This document shows positions 18,947-28,190 of a stretch of DNA of 55,002 nucleotides, piece by piece (the first letter of the stretch is position 1; the number at the start of each line of letters is the position of its first letter). The notes under the pieces were generated by a model, which saw only the letters and a list, made by a program, of their open reading frames with translations, had not been told where the DNA came from and did not search any database. The stretch is from Candidatus Argoarchaeum ethanivorans (GTDB lineage Archaea; Halobacteriota; Methanosarcinia; Methanosarcinales; EX4572-44), in NCBI GenBank assembly GCA_905067555.1, contig CAJHIS010000003.1:1-55002 (forward strand). Direction: 5' to 3'. A program made the translations under genes and the position numbers.

Positions 18947-18982
18947 TGGAAGTTAGATCTACCCGGAGAGGTGACAACGGTT

Positions 18983-21900
18983 GTGAACCGTATTAACACA
19001 CACAGTTTTACTATTTCAAGGTCAAGATATGATGCGGTTATCTTTGATCTCGATGGGGTTGTTACCAGAACTGCAAGGATGCATGCAGCCGCATGGAAGA
19101 AGCTCTTTGACCAGTATTTAAAAAAGAAGTTTGAAGATTTCAAACCTTTTGACATGGACGACTATCATCGATACGTTGACGGCATGCCTCGCTACGACGG
19201 GGTGAAGAATTTTCTTGAGGCACGCGGTATAGAGATTTCGTATGGCAAACCCGATGATTCACCTGGCACTGAGACCATCTGCGGTTTGGGAAATAAAAAA
19301 AATCAGGCATTCCTCGAATGCCTGAAAGAAGAGGGTGTGGAAGTTTATCAATCTTCTATTGATTTAATTAAGAAGCTAAAGGATAAAGATTTTAAGACTG
19401 CTATTGTATCCTCCAGCAAGAGTTGTGCAGAGGTTCTGGATGCAGCAAATATTTCTGATCTATTTAATGTTAAGGTAGACGGGGTCGATTCTGAAAGTCT
19501 TGACCTTAAAGGAAAGCCTGACCCAGCTATTTTTGTAGAAGCTTCCGATCGGCTGGAAGTTAATCCAAAAAGATGCGTGGTAGTCGAAGATGCAATCTCA
19601 GGTGTCAGGGCTGGGAGCAAGGGGGGGTTTGGTCTGGTTATCGGGGTAAACCGTGGTAAGCAGGAAAAAGCCCTTAAAGATTGTGGGGCTGACCTTGTTG
19701 TAAATGATTTATCAGAGATTGAAATAGTGATAAAAATTGATGACCTTTTAGATGGTTTGGAGCATTTCAAAGAGATCGAACAGCAGGTAAAAGACAAGAA
19801 AGTGGTGGTATTTTTAGACTATGACGGCACCCTTACTCCTATTGTATCTCATCCGGAAGGTGCAGTGCTTTCTTTAGATATGAAAAAAACACTGGTGATG
19901 CTGTCTGACCAATGCACTGTTGCAGTCATCAGTGGAAGAGACCTTAAAGATGTAAAAGAGCGCGTTGGAATCGATGGCATATACTATGCAGGAAGCCATG
20001 GTTTTGAGATCGAGGGACCGGAATATCTAAAGATGGAGTACGAAAAAGCAGGGAGTTTTCTTCCGTTGCTTGATGAAGCTGAAGAAAACCTAAAGCAGCA
20101 ACTGGCTCACGTTGGCGGCTGCCAGGTGGAACGTAAGAAATTTTCTATTGCAGTTCATTACCGCAATGTAGAGGATAGGGATGTTAAGTTTATAGAAGAG
20201 GTTGTAAATCGGGCAGCCCTGCATTATGCAAAACTTCGAGAGTCCTGTGGCAAAAAAGTCTATGAACTCCAGCCAAACGTTAATTGGGATAAAGGTAAGG
20301 CTCTTTCGTGGCTTCTTGATGCAACGGAACTTGACAGGCCAGATACGATTCCTTTTTACATCGGTGACGATCTTACCGATGAAGATGCGTTTGCAGTACT
20401 GCAAATGCAGGGCATTGGTGTGGTGGTGGGAGATGGGTCACGCCATACTTCAGCTAAATACAGATTAAAAAACCCAGCACAGGTTGAGGTTTTTCTCCAT
20501 GCCTTAACCACCCTAATAGAAGAAGGCAGCAGCTGGTCGCTAATCTATAAAGACTTTAATTCAGAAGAGGAGGGCTTGCGTGAGGCGTTATGCACACTTG
20601 GAAATGGCTACTTTGCTACCCGCGGGGCAGCTCCGGAATCCGGTGCTGATGAGATCCACTATCCAGGAACCTACCTCGCAGGAGGATATAACAGACTCAA
20701 AACAAAAATCGATAAATCCACTATAGAAAACGAGGATCTGGTCAACCTGCCAAACTGGCTCTGCCTTAATTTTCGCATATTAGGTGAAGACTGGTTTAAT
20801 TTAACGAATGTAGATATTCTATCGTATCGCCAGGAACTGGACCTTAAAAAAGGAATACTCTCCCGCACAGTTCATTTCAAAGATAAAAATAACCGGCAAA
20901 CGAGACTGCTCAACCGTAGTCTTGTGCACATGGGCGATATGCATATAGCAGCAATAGAAACAGTGCTTATCCCGGTGAACTGGTCTGGAAAAATAGAAAT
21001 ATGCTCTGCACTGGATGGACAGGTAGCCAATTCCGGGGTGAAAAGATATAAAAACCTGAATAACAAGCATCTTGAAGAGGTAGAGTCTAAGCAAGTTGAT
21101 GATAATACGATCCTTCTTCAAGTGCGCACCAACCAGTCAAAGTTGGATATATCCGAAGCTTCAAGAACCCAGGTGTTTAAAGATGAATCGCCAGTAATCG
21201 TGGAACGGCTGCTGGTGGAAAAACCAGCATATATTGCTCAGCACTTCACAGTGGAACTTACTGAGGGGGAGAAGCTCAGTATGGAAAAAGTGGTCTCTCT
21301 TTTTACCTCGCGGGATGCTGCCATCTCAGAGTGCACTCTTGAATCAGAAAAAGCGGTGTTGGATGCACCGAGATTTAATGGTTTGCTCCGGACCCACACC
21401 ACTGCCTGGAAACATTTGTGGCACACCTTTGAGATTAACTTGGGATTGAATAGCTCCAACAATGGCAATCCTATCCAGAGAATCCTTCGTCTGTATACTT
21501 TCCACCTCTTAGAGAGCGCTTCCATGCACTCACTGGATATTGATGTTGGGATGCCTTCCCGTGGCTGGCACGGCGAAGCTTATCGTGGGCACATCTTCTG
21601 GGATGAGCTGATTATTTTCCCATTTCTTATCTACCGGGTTCCCCAGATTGCAAGAACTCTGCTTATGTATCGGTATCGTCGTCTCAAAGAAGCCAGGAAA
21701 GCCGCATACAAGCTTGGCTATAAAGGAGCCATGTATCCATGGCAGAGCGGGAGTAATGGGAGAGAAGAAAGTCAAAAGGTTCATCTCAATCCTGTATCAG
21801 GGCACTGGGTACGTGATAACACCCATCTTCAGCGCCACATAAATGCAGCTATTGTCTACAATATATGGCAGTATTACCAGGTCACCTGCGACCTCGAATT

Positions 21901-22954
21901 TTTATCTTTTTATGGAGCCGAGATCATCCTCGAGATCGCACGTTTCTGGGCAAGTATAGCAACCTATAATAAAAAGCTTGACAGATACGAGATTCTTGGA
22001 GCGGTTGGTCCCGACGAGTACCATGACAGCTATCCTGGTGCAAAGAGTTCTGGTGTGAACAATAATGCTTATACCAATGTTATGGCTGTTTTTGTGTTGA
22101 ATCGAGCCATTAAATTGTTTGAGCTCCTACCTGAACAGCAATGGAAGGAGCTTTGTGAAAAGCTTGATATAAACGAAGCGGAAAAAGTAAGATGGAAAGA
22201 AATAAGTCACAAGATGCTGATTGTATTTCATGATGATGGAGTAATTAGCCAGTTCGAAGGGTATGAGCACCTGGATGAGCTTAATTGGGAAAGATACCAA
22301 AAAAAATATGGGAATATAGAGCGGCTGGATCGCATTCTTGAAGCAGAAGGCGACACCACCAACCGGTACAAAGTATCCAAACAGGCAGATGTTTTAATGC
22401 TTTTTTATCTCTTTTCATCTGAGGAATTAAGCCAACTATTTGGTCAACTTGGCTATTCGTTTGAATATGAAACCATACCCAAAAATATTGATTATTATCT
22501 GAAACGTACCTCCAATGGTTCATCACTGAGCTGGATTATTCATTCATGGGTAGCAGCCCGGAGAGATAGAAAACGTTCCTGGGAGCTTTTTAACCAAGCT
22601 CTCAAGACTGATGTCGCAGATATCCAGGGAGGAACTACTTCCGAAGGTATACACTTGGGAGCTATGTCAGGATGTGTGGACATAGTCCAACGATGTTACA
22701 CAGGACTTGAGTCCAGGGGTAATATTCTGCGTTTTAATCCTGTGCTCCCTGAGGAATTAAAAAGAATAAGATTGCACCTGCGTTACCGGGGACATTTGTT
22801 TGAGCTAGATATTACTGCTGACAAACTAAAAATAGAAGCTCTCCCGGGTGGGGCAAAACCAGTACTGGTTGAGGTTAAAGGAAATGTCTTTGAACTTGGA
22901 GCAGGCGAGACAAAAGAAGTGGTTTTCAATGGCTCCACTTCATCGTATTTTTGA
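18983..22954 (+). CDS. Tri-domain protein: beta-phosphoglucomutase-like HAD + trehalose-phosphatase (OtsB-like) + glycoside hydrolase family 65 phosphorylase (OtsB1/Rv2006-like architecture)
   Basis: HAD motif DAVIFDLDGVVT, second HAD/TPP motif VVFLDYDGTLTPIV...YIGDDLTDEDAF, GH65 motifs LGNGYFATRGA and GHIFWDELIIFPF. Proposed start is in-frame GTG 18983, 8 nt after the SD-like aggtga (GTG 18971 is an alternative). The track start 18755 lies in the divergent rplX promoter region. Confidence 0.85.
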   Translation: MNRINTHSFTISRSRYDAVIFDLDGVVTRTARMHAAAWKKLFDQYLKKKFEDFKPFDMDDYHRYVDGMPRYDGVKNFLEARGIEISYGKPDDSPGTETICGLGNKKNQAFLECLKEEGVEVYQSSIDLIKKLKDKDFKTAIVSSSKSCAEVLDAANISDLFNVKVDGVDSESLDLKGKPDPAIFVEASDRLEVNPKRCVVVEDAISGVRAGSKGGFGLVIGVNRGKQEKALKDCGADLVVNDLSEIEIVIKIDDLLDGLEHFKEIEQQVKDKKVVVFLDYDGTLTPIVSHPEGAVLSLDMKKTLVMLSDQCTVAVISGRDLKDVKERVGIDGIYYAGSHGFEIEGPEYLKMEYEKAGSFLPLLDEAEENLKQQLAHVGGCQVERKKFSIAVHYRNVEDRDVKFIEEVVNRAALHYAKLRESCGKKVYELQPNVNWDKGKALSWLLDATELDRPDTIPFYIGDDLTDEDAFAVLQMQGIGVVVGDGSRHTSAKYRLKNPAQVEVFLHALTTLIEEGSSWSLIYKDFNSEEEGLREALCTLGNGYFATRGAAPESGADEIHYPGTYLAGGYNRLKTKIDKSTIENEDLVNLPNWLCLNFRILGEDWFNLTNVDILSYRQELDLKKGILSRTVHFKDKNNRQTRLLNRSLVHMGDMHIAAIETVLIPVNWSGKIEICSALDGQVANSGVKRYKNLNNKHLEEVESKQVDDNTILLQVRTNQSKLDISEASRTQVFKDESPVIVERLLVEKPAYIAQHFTVELTEGEKLSMEKVVSLFTSRDAAISECTLESEKAVLDAPRFNGLLRTHTTAWKHLWHTFEINLGLNSSNNGNPIQRILRLYTFHLLESASMHSLDIDVGMPSRGWHGEAYRGHIFWDELIIFPFLIYRVPQIARTLLMYRYRRLKEARKAAYKLGYKGAMYPWQSGSNGREESQKVHLNPVSGHWVRDNTHLQRHINAAIVYNIWQYYQVTCDLEFLSFYGAEIILEIARFWASIATYNKKLDRYEILGAVGPDEYHDSYPGAKSSGVNNNAYTNVMAVFVLNRAIKLFELLPEQQWKELCEKLDINEAEKVRWKEISHKMLIVFHDDGVISQFEGYEHLDELNWERYQKKYGNIERLDRILEAEGDTTNRYKVSKQADVLMLFYLFSSEELSQLFGQLGYSFEYETIPKNIDYYLKRTSNGSSLSWIIHSWVAARRDRKRSWELFNQALKTDVADIQGGTTSEGIHLGAMSGCVDIVQRCYTGLESRGNILRFNPVLPEELKRIRLHLRYRGHLFELDITADKLKIEALPGGAKPVLVEVKGNVFELGAGETKEVVFNGSTSSYF

Positions 22955-23293
22955 GTGAGAGTTGGGTTTGTTTACTGCTGTTGCAGCAACTCAATTTCCA
23001 GACAAAAATCAGAAAGTCCGGATAATTCAACCACAGAGGACTTTTAATTAATCCTGCGTGTTATTCTCCATCTTTACGGGGCGTCATATTTAAATTAATT
23101 AGCAGTCCAGGGCGTTTTCCGCTTTGAATTTGAGGTATGAAAGTAGTTGTCATAAACTACAGGAAACTCAACCCGTGGCAGGACTTTAAGGCATCGTTTT
23201 TGAGAGTTCCTAATGTAAAAACTCACCTCATAAGCGTTTTTCCGGTAATCCCTGCCACAATAATCTTTTCAGATATTTTATTCGAGTTCAATC

Positions 23294-23320
23294 TTCTCTG
23301 TGTTCTCTGTGTTCTCTGTG
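23294..23320. repeat. Perfect 9-nt tandem repeat (ttctctgtg) x3
   Basis: Direct reading. The same motif occurs about 1.8 times at 29328-29343. Confidence 0.9.
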
Positions 23321-23427
23321 GTTTTATATCTTATGACTTGTTCAACGAGAAGATAGGTGGCATCCAAGTGTGATTGTATCGAGCATGTAATGTGGTTTTA
23401 TATCTTATGGCTTGTTCAACGAAAAGA
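23317..23427. repeat. Two 37-nt direct repeats separated by a 37-nt spacer
   Basis: tgtggttttatatcttatgacttgttcaacgagaaga (23317-23353) and tgtggttttatatcttatggcttgttcaacgaaaaga (23391-23427), 35/37 identical. Confidence 0.85.
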
Positions 23428-23516
23428 GGCTTAACACTCGCACGATCCTGAATTACGTCTAAAAATTAAATTGGTATGACAATAGTGAAATATGGAATGA
23501 AAAGGTATTTTTGCGT

Positions 23517-24194
23517 TTATTCTACATGCTGTAGAAGTTTTACTATTTCCTCGTATTCTGCTTTACCATCGATACTTATTATTACTTTTTTAGTGCCTGC
23601 TTTAAAGACAAAGTCCTCATCTGGGTACACTACGATTACAACAAGTGTTGAACCTGATACACTCCATGTAGCAATCATCCCTTTAAGCGGAACGTTGTTA
23701 CCATCAAGAGTAATATAGCCGCTGTATACCTTTGCTTCAGCTGTTTTTCCATTTTTCAGTGGTACCTGTGTTGTATTGATTTTATGAAAATCTTTAATAT
23801 CCATCTTGGCAGCCATGTCTTTTACCTGTGTCGAAGCCATCTCTAAAACTATCTGTGATGGCAGTGGAATACCAGCAGGAAGCACAACTCGCGTGGCAAC
23901 TATTCTGGATGTAGATACGTTCTCTACACTACTGTATGCACCAACCTGGCGCATCAAATATTCCTCAAGGGACTTGTCTGCATAATTGATCGTTGCAGTG
24001 TTGATTTTTATCTCTTTGCCACCCATGTCAAAGGTTTTAGGCATGCTTGTAGAATCGCCAAGCTGCACCCAACCACATTCTTCAAGTATGTTTTCATCGA
24101 TGTGTGGTGGATCTGCAACTGGTGTTTCAAGACACCCTGAAAAGATAATAACTAACAACAGCAATGGAAAAACAAATAGTTTTACTGACTTCAT
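23517..24194 (-). CDS. Secreted/lipobox-containing hypothetical protein
   Basis: 225 aa. Signal peptide MKSVKLFVFPLLLLVIIFSGC with a lipobox-like SGC. No catalytic motif recognised. Confidence 0.6.
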   Translation of the reverse strand: MKSVKLFVFPLLLLVIIFSGCLETPVADPPHIDENILEECGWVQLGDSTSMPKTFDMGGKEIKINTATINYADKSLEEYLMRQVGAYSSVENVSTSRIVATRVVLPAGIPLPSQIVLEMASTQVKDMAAKMDIKDFHKINTTQVPLKNGKTAEAKVYSGYITLDGNNVPLKGMIATWSVSGSTLVVIVVYPDEDFVFKAGTKKVIISIDGKAEYEEIVKLLQHVE

Positions 24195-24301
24195 AATTAC
24201 TCAGTTACACTTTAATGCTAATTAGATATTATTGTATCGGTCAGTATCTGTGGTTTGCATCGAAGAGTTAACTGAATTCCTCGCTTGTAAATTCTACGAA
24301 G

Positions 24302-24429
24302 CTGTGCAAACTTCGTTTGTGCAGGGAAAATAGCAAGGAACTCTCGATTGCACAGGCACTGCACAACTTCGTTGTGCAGAACCGCACACACCATGTGTGA
24401 AAATAACTCTCGATTGCAAAGCAATCGAG
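24302..24429. repeat. Largest composite hairpin array (A'-half B-A-D-B)
   Basis: ctgtgcaaac-ttc-gtttgtgcag (24302-24324), B half-site ctcgattgc (24343-24351), ctgcacaac-ttc-gttgtgcag (24359-24379), cacaca-cca-tgtgtg (24385-24399), linker aaataact, ctcgattgc-aaa-gcaatcgag (24409-24429). Confidence 0.9.
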
Positions 24430-24519
24430 TGCAAAAGAACATGGTTGCGTTTATATTTCCCTATACGTTAAAAAAATAGATACGGTTTAGTATAACAACA
24501 AACTTAAAGACAGCAATAT

Positions 24520-25020
24520 ATGACAAAATTTTACATTGCAGATACCAGCGTTTTTTTAGCTAAAATGAAACCCTCTGATGTATGTATCACCACACCATCG
24601 GTAGTTACAGAGGTCAAAGATTCGTCCTCATCCCTCTTTCTCGAACTTTTTTGTATTGATAACTGCAGTGAAACTATATGTATCGAACAACCAAGAAAAG
24701 AGCTCATAGAACAAATAAAAAAAGTTGCAGCAGAAAGCGGAGACTTTGAACAACTCTCTTCTGCCGATATCGATGTGCTTGCTAAAGCTCTTGAATACAA
24801 ACCCCTGTCTATAATTTTAACAGATGACTATCGAATTCAAAACATTGCAAAAATACTGGACATTGCGATACAACCAATAAACCAGAAGCCTATTAAACAA
24901 ACCTACAAGTGGGTTATGGTCTGTAGTGGTTGCAGGAGGCAAGTAGAGGGGAATGGACCCTGTCCGGTATGTGGGTCTCCGGTTCGCAGACGACGAATAA
25001 GAGAGGATAGGAAAATATAA
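24520..25020 (+). CDS. nob1: Nob1-like endonuclease (PIN domain + C-terminal zinc ribbon)
   Basis: 166 aa. PIN-type N-terminus YIADTSVF, ADIDVLAKALEY, ILTDDYRIQN, and the ribbon CSGCRR...CPVCGSPV. Confidence 0.8.
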   Translation: MTKFYIADTSVFLAKMKPSDVCITTPSVVTEVKDSSSSLFLELFCIDNCSETICIEQPRKELIEQIKKVAAESGDFEQLSSADIDVLAKALEYKPLSIILTDDYRIQNIAKILDIAIQPINQKPIKQTYKWVMVCSGCRRQVEGNGPCPVCGSPVRRRRIREDRKI

Positions 25021-25063
25021 ACATCGTGCCATACTCGAATCAAGGCTATGCAGTGGTGAGAAA

Positions 25064-25089
25064 CACGAGATTCCTGTGTTAATCTCGTG
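25064..25089. terminator. Stem-loop between convergent nob1 and aglB
   Basis: cacgagatt-cctgtgtt-aatctcgtg (9-bp stem). The terminator function is speculative. Confidence 0.3.
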
Positions 25090-25138
25090 GTTGAAACCCA
25101 TAGGATAATAAAAATATAAACACTTTTATTGTAATTCT

Positions 25139-27796
25139 CTACACGACTTCGATGATGTTTGCATTCATCACGTCTTCCTCACTCACAGGCACGCGATGTA
25201 ATGCCTCTCCTATAGTTAGGGTATAAAGGTCAGATGGTGCGGTATCGAAATTAGTCCCATTTACCATTGGCCCATTTGTAGAATACGGCACGATGAACGT
25301 GAACGTACCATTTGAAGCAGTTGTTGTCTGTGCATACTCGAATGTTCGTCCCTGGTTTGTTAGAATTGGCACCTGTAGTGTTACCGTGCTGTTTAATGGA
25401 GCAAATCCTGTAATTCTTGCTCCTTTCACATATTCAAAGATTTTGACATAACCAGTATTTTCTTTAGGAATTTTTTTTGGAAAACCTGGGTATATTTCAT
25501 AAAAATCAGGATGCATCTTGGTATATAAATTGTATATCTGTCTGTAACCAGCATCATATCCCGGCATTGATTCATGCACCAGACGATACTGCTTCAAGCC
25601 AATACCATCAAGCGTGTGCAACCTTGCCTCCATCGAACTATAATAAGTCATGCTCGGAAGATTTTGCATCCCATCTGATGTCTGCACCGACTGCCAGTAC
25701 TTCTGCCAGTATTCCTGCCCTGTAACACCATCCCACGCGGCGATTGCATAGAACTTACCTGTTGCCATTTCAACATCGCTGACCACGTATCTTACGCCAA
25801 GTTCATCTGCAATCTTGTTTGCTTCGTCTTCACTCTCTGCTGTGAGAAACGTGGCTGCACCCGGCAGCTGCTCTTTACCGCCACCGATTCCTGCCTGGAA
25901 TGGGTTGGCATTCGGGATGCGTCTTGCGATGCTTTCGATCCAGAATCCGTAATCCCACCATGACATGACACCATAGGCAGTGTTAGGATATGGATACGGT
26001 TCGCCCGGTGGTGGCCGTTCGTAAGGTCCATAGTATGAGAGTCCCGGGTCTGGTGTATTATATCTCATCCATTCAAGTGAGTTGTACCATGGTGTAGCTG
26101 GTCCACCACTATGCTTTGCCTGTTGTAATGCCGCGGTACAGGGACCAAGTGGATATATAAGGATTGCAAATGTGATGATTACAAACAACACATGCCATAT
26201 CTTAACATCTTTTACTATAAACTGTGGAATATCCTTGAGTTTCTTGACGCTTTCTTTATACACCGTCTGAATATCATCAAAACCTGCAACCCCAAGTATT
26301 TTTGTAGCAAAGTAAGCACTTAACAGCGCGACATTCACTGCATAGTAATAGCCATATCGATTCTGACCATATATCGCAATGAGCATGACCAGAGTCCAGA
26401 CAAGGACAAGAATGTCTTCCGGCTTCCATCTGCGTACCACGTAATAGCCAAGAAGCAGCAGTCCAAGAATTGATACATAGAAACAGTTTCCAAAGTTGCC
26501 GTATACCATACTATCTCTACCGATATCAAGATGTGGGGGTGTGCCCCTCATCAGCATCGAAGATACCTCTGCAATTGTTGCAGCACCACCTGCTTTTATT
26601 GATAGAACTGATGATGGAAGGGCTGTAATCGTAGAAAACAGTGCAGGTGAGGCTATGCTGACCAATCCAAACCCAATGATTGCAACAGCAGCCATGACCG
26701 CAGGATAATAATATGGGTTCAATTCCCTGCGTTTCATCTCCTTTGATATGATATACATCAACATACATGCAACAATCACTATCAATGAGGTCAATACATG
26801 CAGCCATGAATAATTGACTGAAAATCCATATTCAGGATGTATCCATGGCAGTATCAGGAGCAACTCCAGTCCGAATGCAACCACCCCAACTATGGTTATG
26901 TACTCAACCGAATTGCCGCGGACGTGTTCAGTGATATATATAACGATTGCTGCAACCATAAGAATCATGCCAAACATCAGCGCACCAGTCCAGCAGAGTT
27001 GATATGCTGCGTACGCAACACCAGCAAGAATGGCATAGATAAACGGATATTTGATTGCACGCCAGTTCCGGTTCAGATCGCTTAATGAGAGGTTCTGAGC
27101 ACGTGCACTTCTGAGCGCGAGTATGAAAAACAGAATAGTTGCAGTGGAAAATAGAGTCTCTGCAGCATGATGATCAGTGAATCCAAGTAGCGATCTGGAT
27201 AAAAACTGTCCAGGGAGCGTTGCGATGATCAGTGCTGCAAGAAGCCCTGTGCCGCGGTTGTGCAGGTGTTTGCCAATGAAATACACCGGTATAACCACGA
27301 GCGCACCGAGAACTGCTGGGAAATATGCCCCAACGGTATTGACGAGATGCATATCCGGGTTTCCGAACCCGAGAACAATCGATATGGAGGCAATCGCGTG
27401 GTCATACAAGGGACCGTAGTGCTGGGAGTGCCCATATGGAAACTCTGTGAACGCGTCATAGGTGAGAGTATGCGGATAATTATGGAGTATGTACTCCACG
27501 ATACGCATATGGTACCAAGGGTCATTTCCGCCGAATCTCACCGTGCCATCTGCGAGAAATACACTGTCGTGCGGGAGCACTGCCCTGATATAGAAAGCGA
27601 TTGCAAAGATTATGGACAGTATCGCGCCACATGGGGCGCCTGATTTCAGTCGTTCAACTATTGTGTGTTTGATTCCAGTGGGTTGCCCAATCTGTTGAGA
27701 AATTGGGTGTTCTGGCTCTGAAGACCTTTTTTGACTGCTTTTCTCTCCTCTTCTTCCCTTCACAGATTTATTTTCTTTGTTCTTTTTTCCAGCCAA
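25139..27796 (-). CDS. aglB: Dolichyl-(pyro)phosphooligosaccharide-protein glycotransferase, STT3 family
   Basis: 885 aa. Multi-TM N-terminal half, WWDYGFWI (WWDYG motif), large C-terminal soluble domain. Confidence 0.93.
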   Translation of the reverse strand: MAGKKNKENKSVKGRRGEKSSQKRSSEPEHPISQQIGQPTGIKHTIVERLKSGAPCGAILSIIFAIAFYIRAVLPHDSVFLADGTVRFGGNDPWYHMRIVEYILHNYPHTLTYDAFTEFPYGHSQHYGPLYDHAIASISIVLGFGNPDMHLVNTVGAYFPAVLGALVVIPVYFIGKHLHNRGTGLLAALIIATLPGQFLSRSLLGFTDHHAAETLFSTATILFFILALRSARAQNLSLSDLNRNWRAIKYPFIYAILAGVAYAAYQLCWTGALMFGMILMVAAIVIYITEHVRGNSVEYITIVGVVAFGLELLLILPWIHPEYGFSVNYSWLHVLTSLIVIVACMLMYIISKEMKRRELNPYYYPAVMAAVAIIGFGLVSIASPALFSTITALPSSVLSIKAGGAATIAEVSSMLMRGTPPHLDIGRDSMVYGNFGNCFYVSILGLLLLGYYVVRRWKPEDILVLVWTLVMLIAIYGQNRYGYYYAVNVALLSAYFATKILGVAGFDDIQTVYKESVKKLKDIPQFIVKDVKIWHVLFVIITFAILIYPLGPCTAALQQAKHSGGPATPWYNSLEWMRYNTPDPGLSYYGPYERPPPGEPYPYPNTAYGVMSWWDYGFWIESIARRIPNANPFQAGIGGGKEQLPGAATFLTAESEDEANKIADELGVRYVVSDVEMATGKFYAIAAWDGVTGQEYWQKYWQSVQTSDGMQNLPSMTYYSSMEARLHTLDGIGLKQYRLVHESMPGYDAGYRQIYNLYTKMHPDFYEIYPGFPKKIPKENTGYVKIFEYVKGARITGFAPLNSTVTLQVPILTNQGRTFEYAQTTTASNGTFTFIVPYSTNGPMVNGTNFDTAPSDLYTLTIGEALHRVPVSEEDVMNANIIEVV

Positions 27797-27863
27797 TGTT
27801 ATACGCCTCGTGTTTCACGTTTGTCATAAATGAATTAAATACTTCGGTATTCGATCAAGTTCT

Positions 27864-28190
27864 CTATCTTGTTACTCCTGCATCCTTTTTAAAAGTTTCT
27901 TCGTACATACCTGCAATAGTTCTCCAATCGAAGTCCATTGTGATTTTCACGTATCCATCCTCATCGTGCTTTTGACTCAAGAATTTATGAACCATTTCAA
28001 TAAAATCATTTTTGTTGTCATAATAGAACAGATCATCGCCAGGCAAATTCTCTAAAGCAACCATTCTACTTGATAAAACGGGTTTTTCACACATCAAGTA
28101 ATTGAAAATTTTTCCACCAACTGTTATCTCATTTTTCTTAATATGCTTTAGATGATTAGCCCATGTCCTGTCAACCCGGTTACATTTCAC
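27864..28190 (-). pseudogene. C-terminal fragment of a GT4/GT1-type glycosyltransferase
   Basis: GGKIFNYLMCEKPVLSS...DFDWRTIAGMYEETF corresponds only to the last ~100 aa of a GT4 enzyme. More degraded GT-like signal (IPMFGMVVGG) lies in another frame up to about 28300. Confidence 0.55.

Noticed and set aside
18755-18982. The 5' part of the 1399-aa track ORF, read as coding sequence
   Set aside because: It is open by chance across the divergent rplX promoter. It is full of direct repeats and a hairpin module, and the HAD domain starts only after an SD plus GTG at 18983.
23137-23373. 78-aa ORF
   Set aside because: It runs through the 9-nt tandem repeat (giving LCVLCVLC) and the first 37-nt repeat, so it is a repeat-driven artefact.
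23317-23427. Calling the 37-nt repeat / 37-nt spacer unit a CRISPR array
   Set aside because: There are only two imperfect repeats, no third copy, and no cas genes or leader in the window. It is reported as a repeat and as a finding to check, not as a CRISPR feature.
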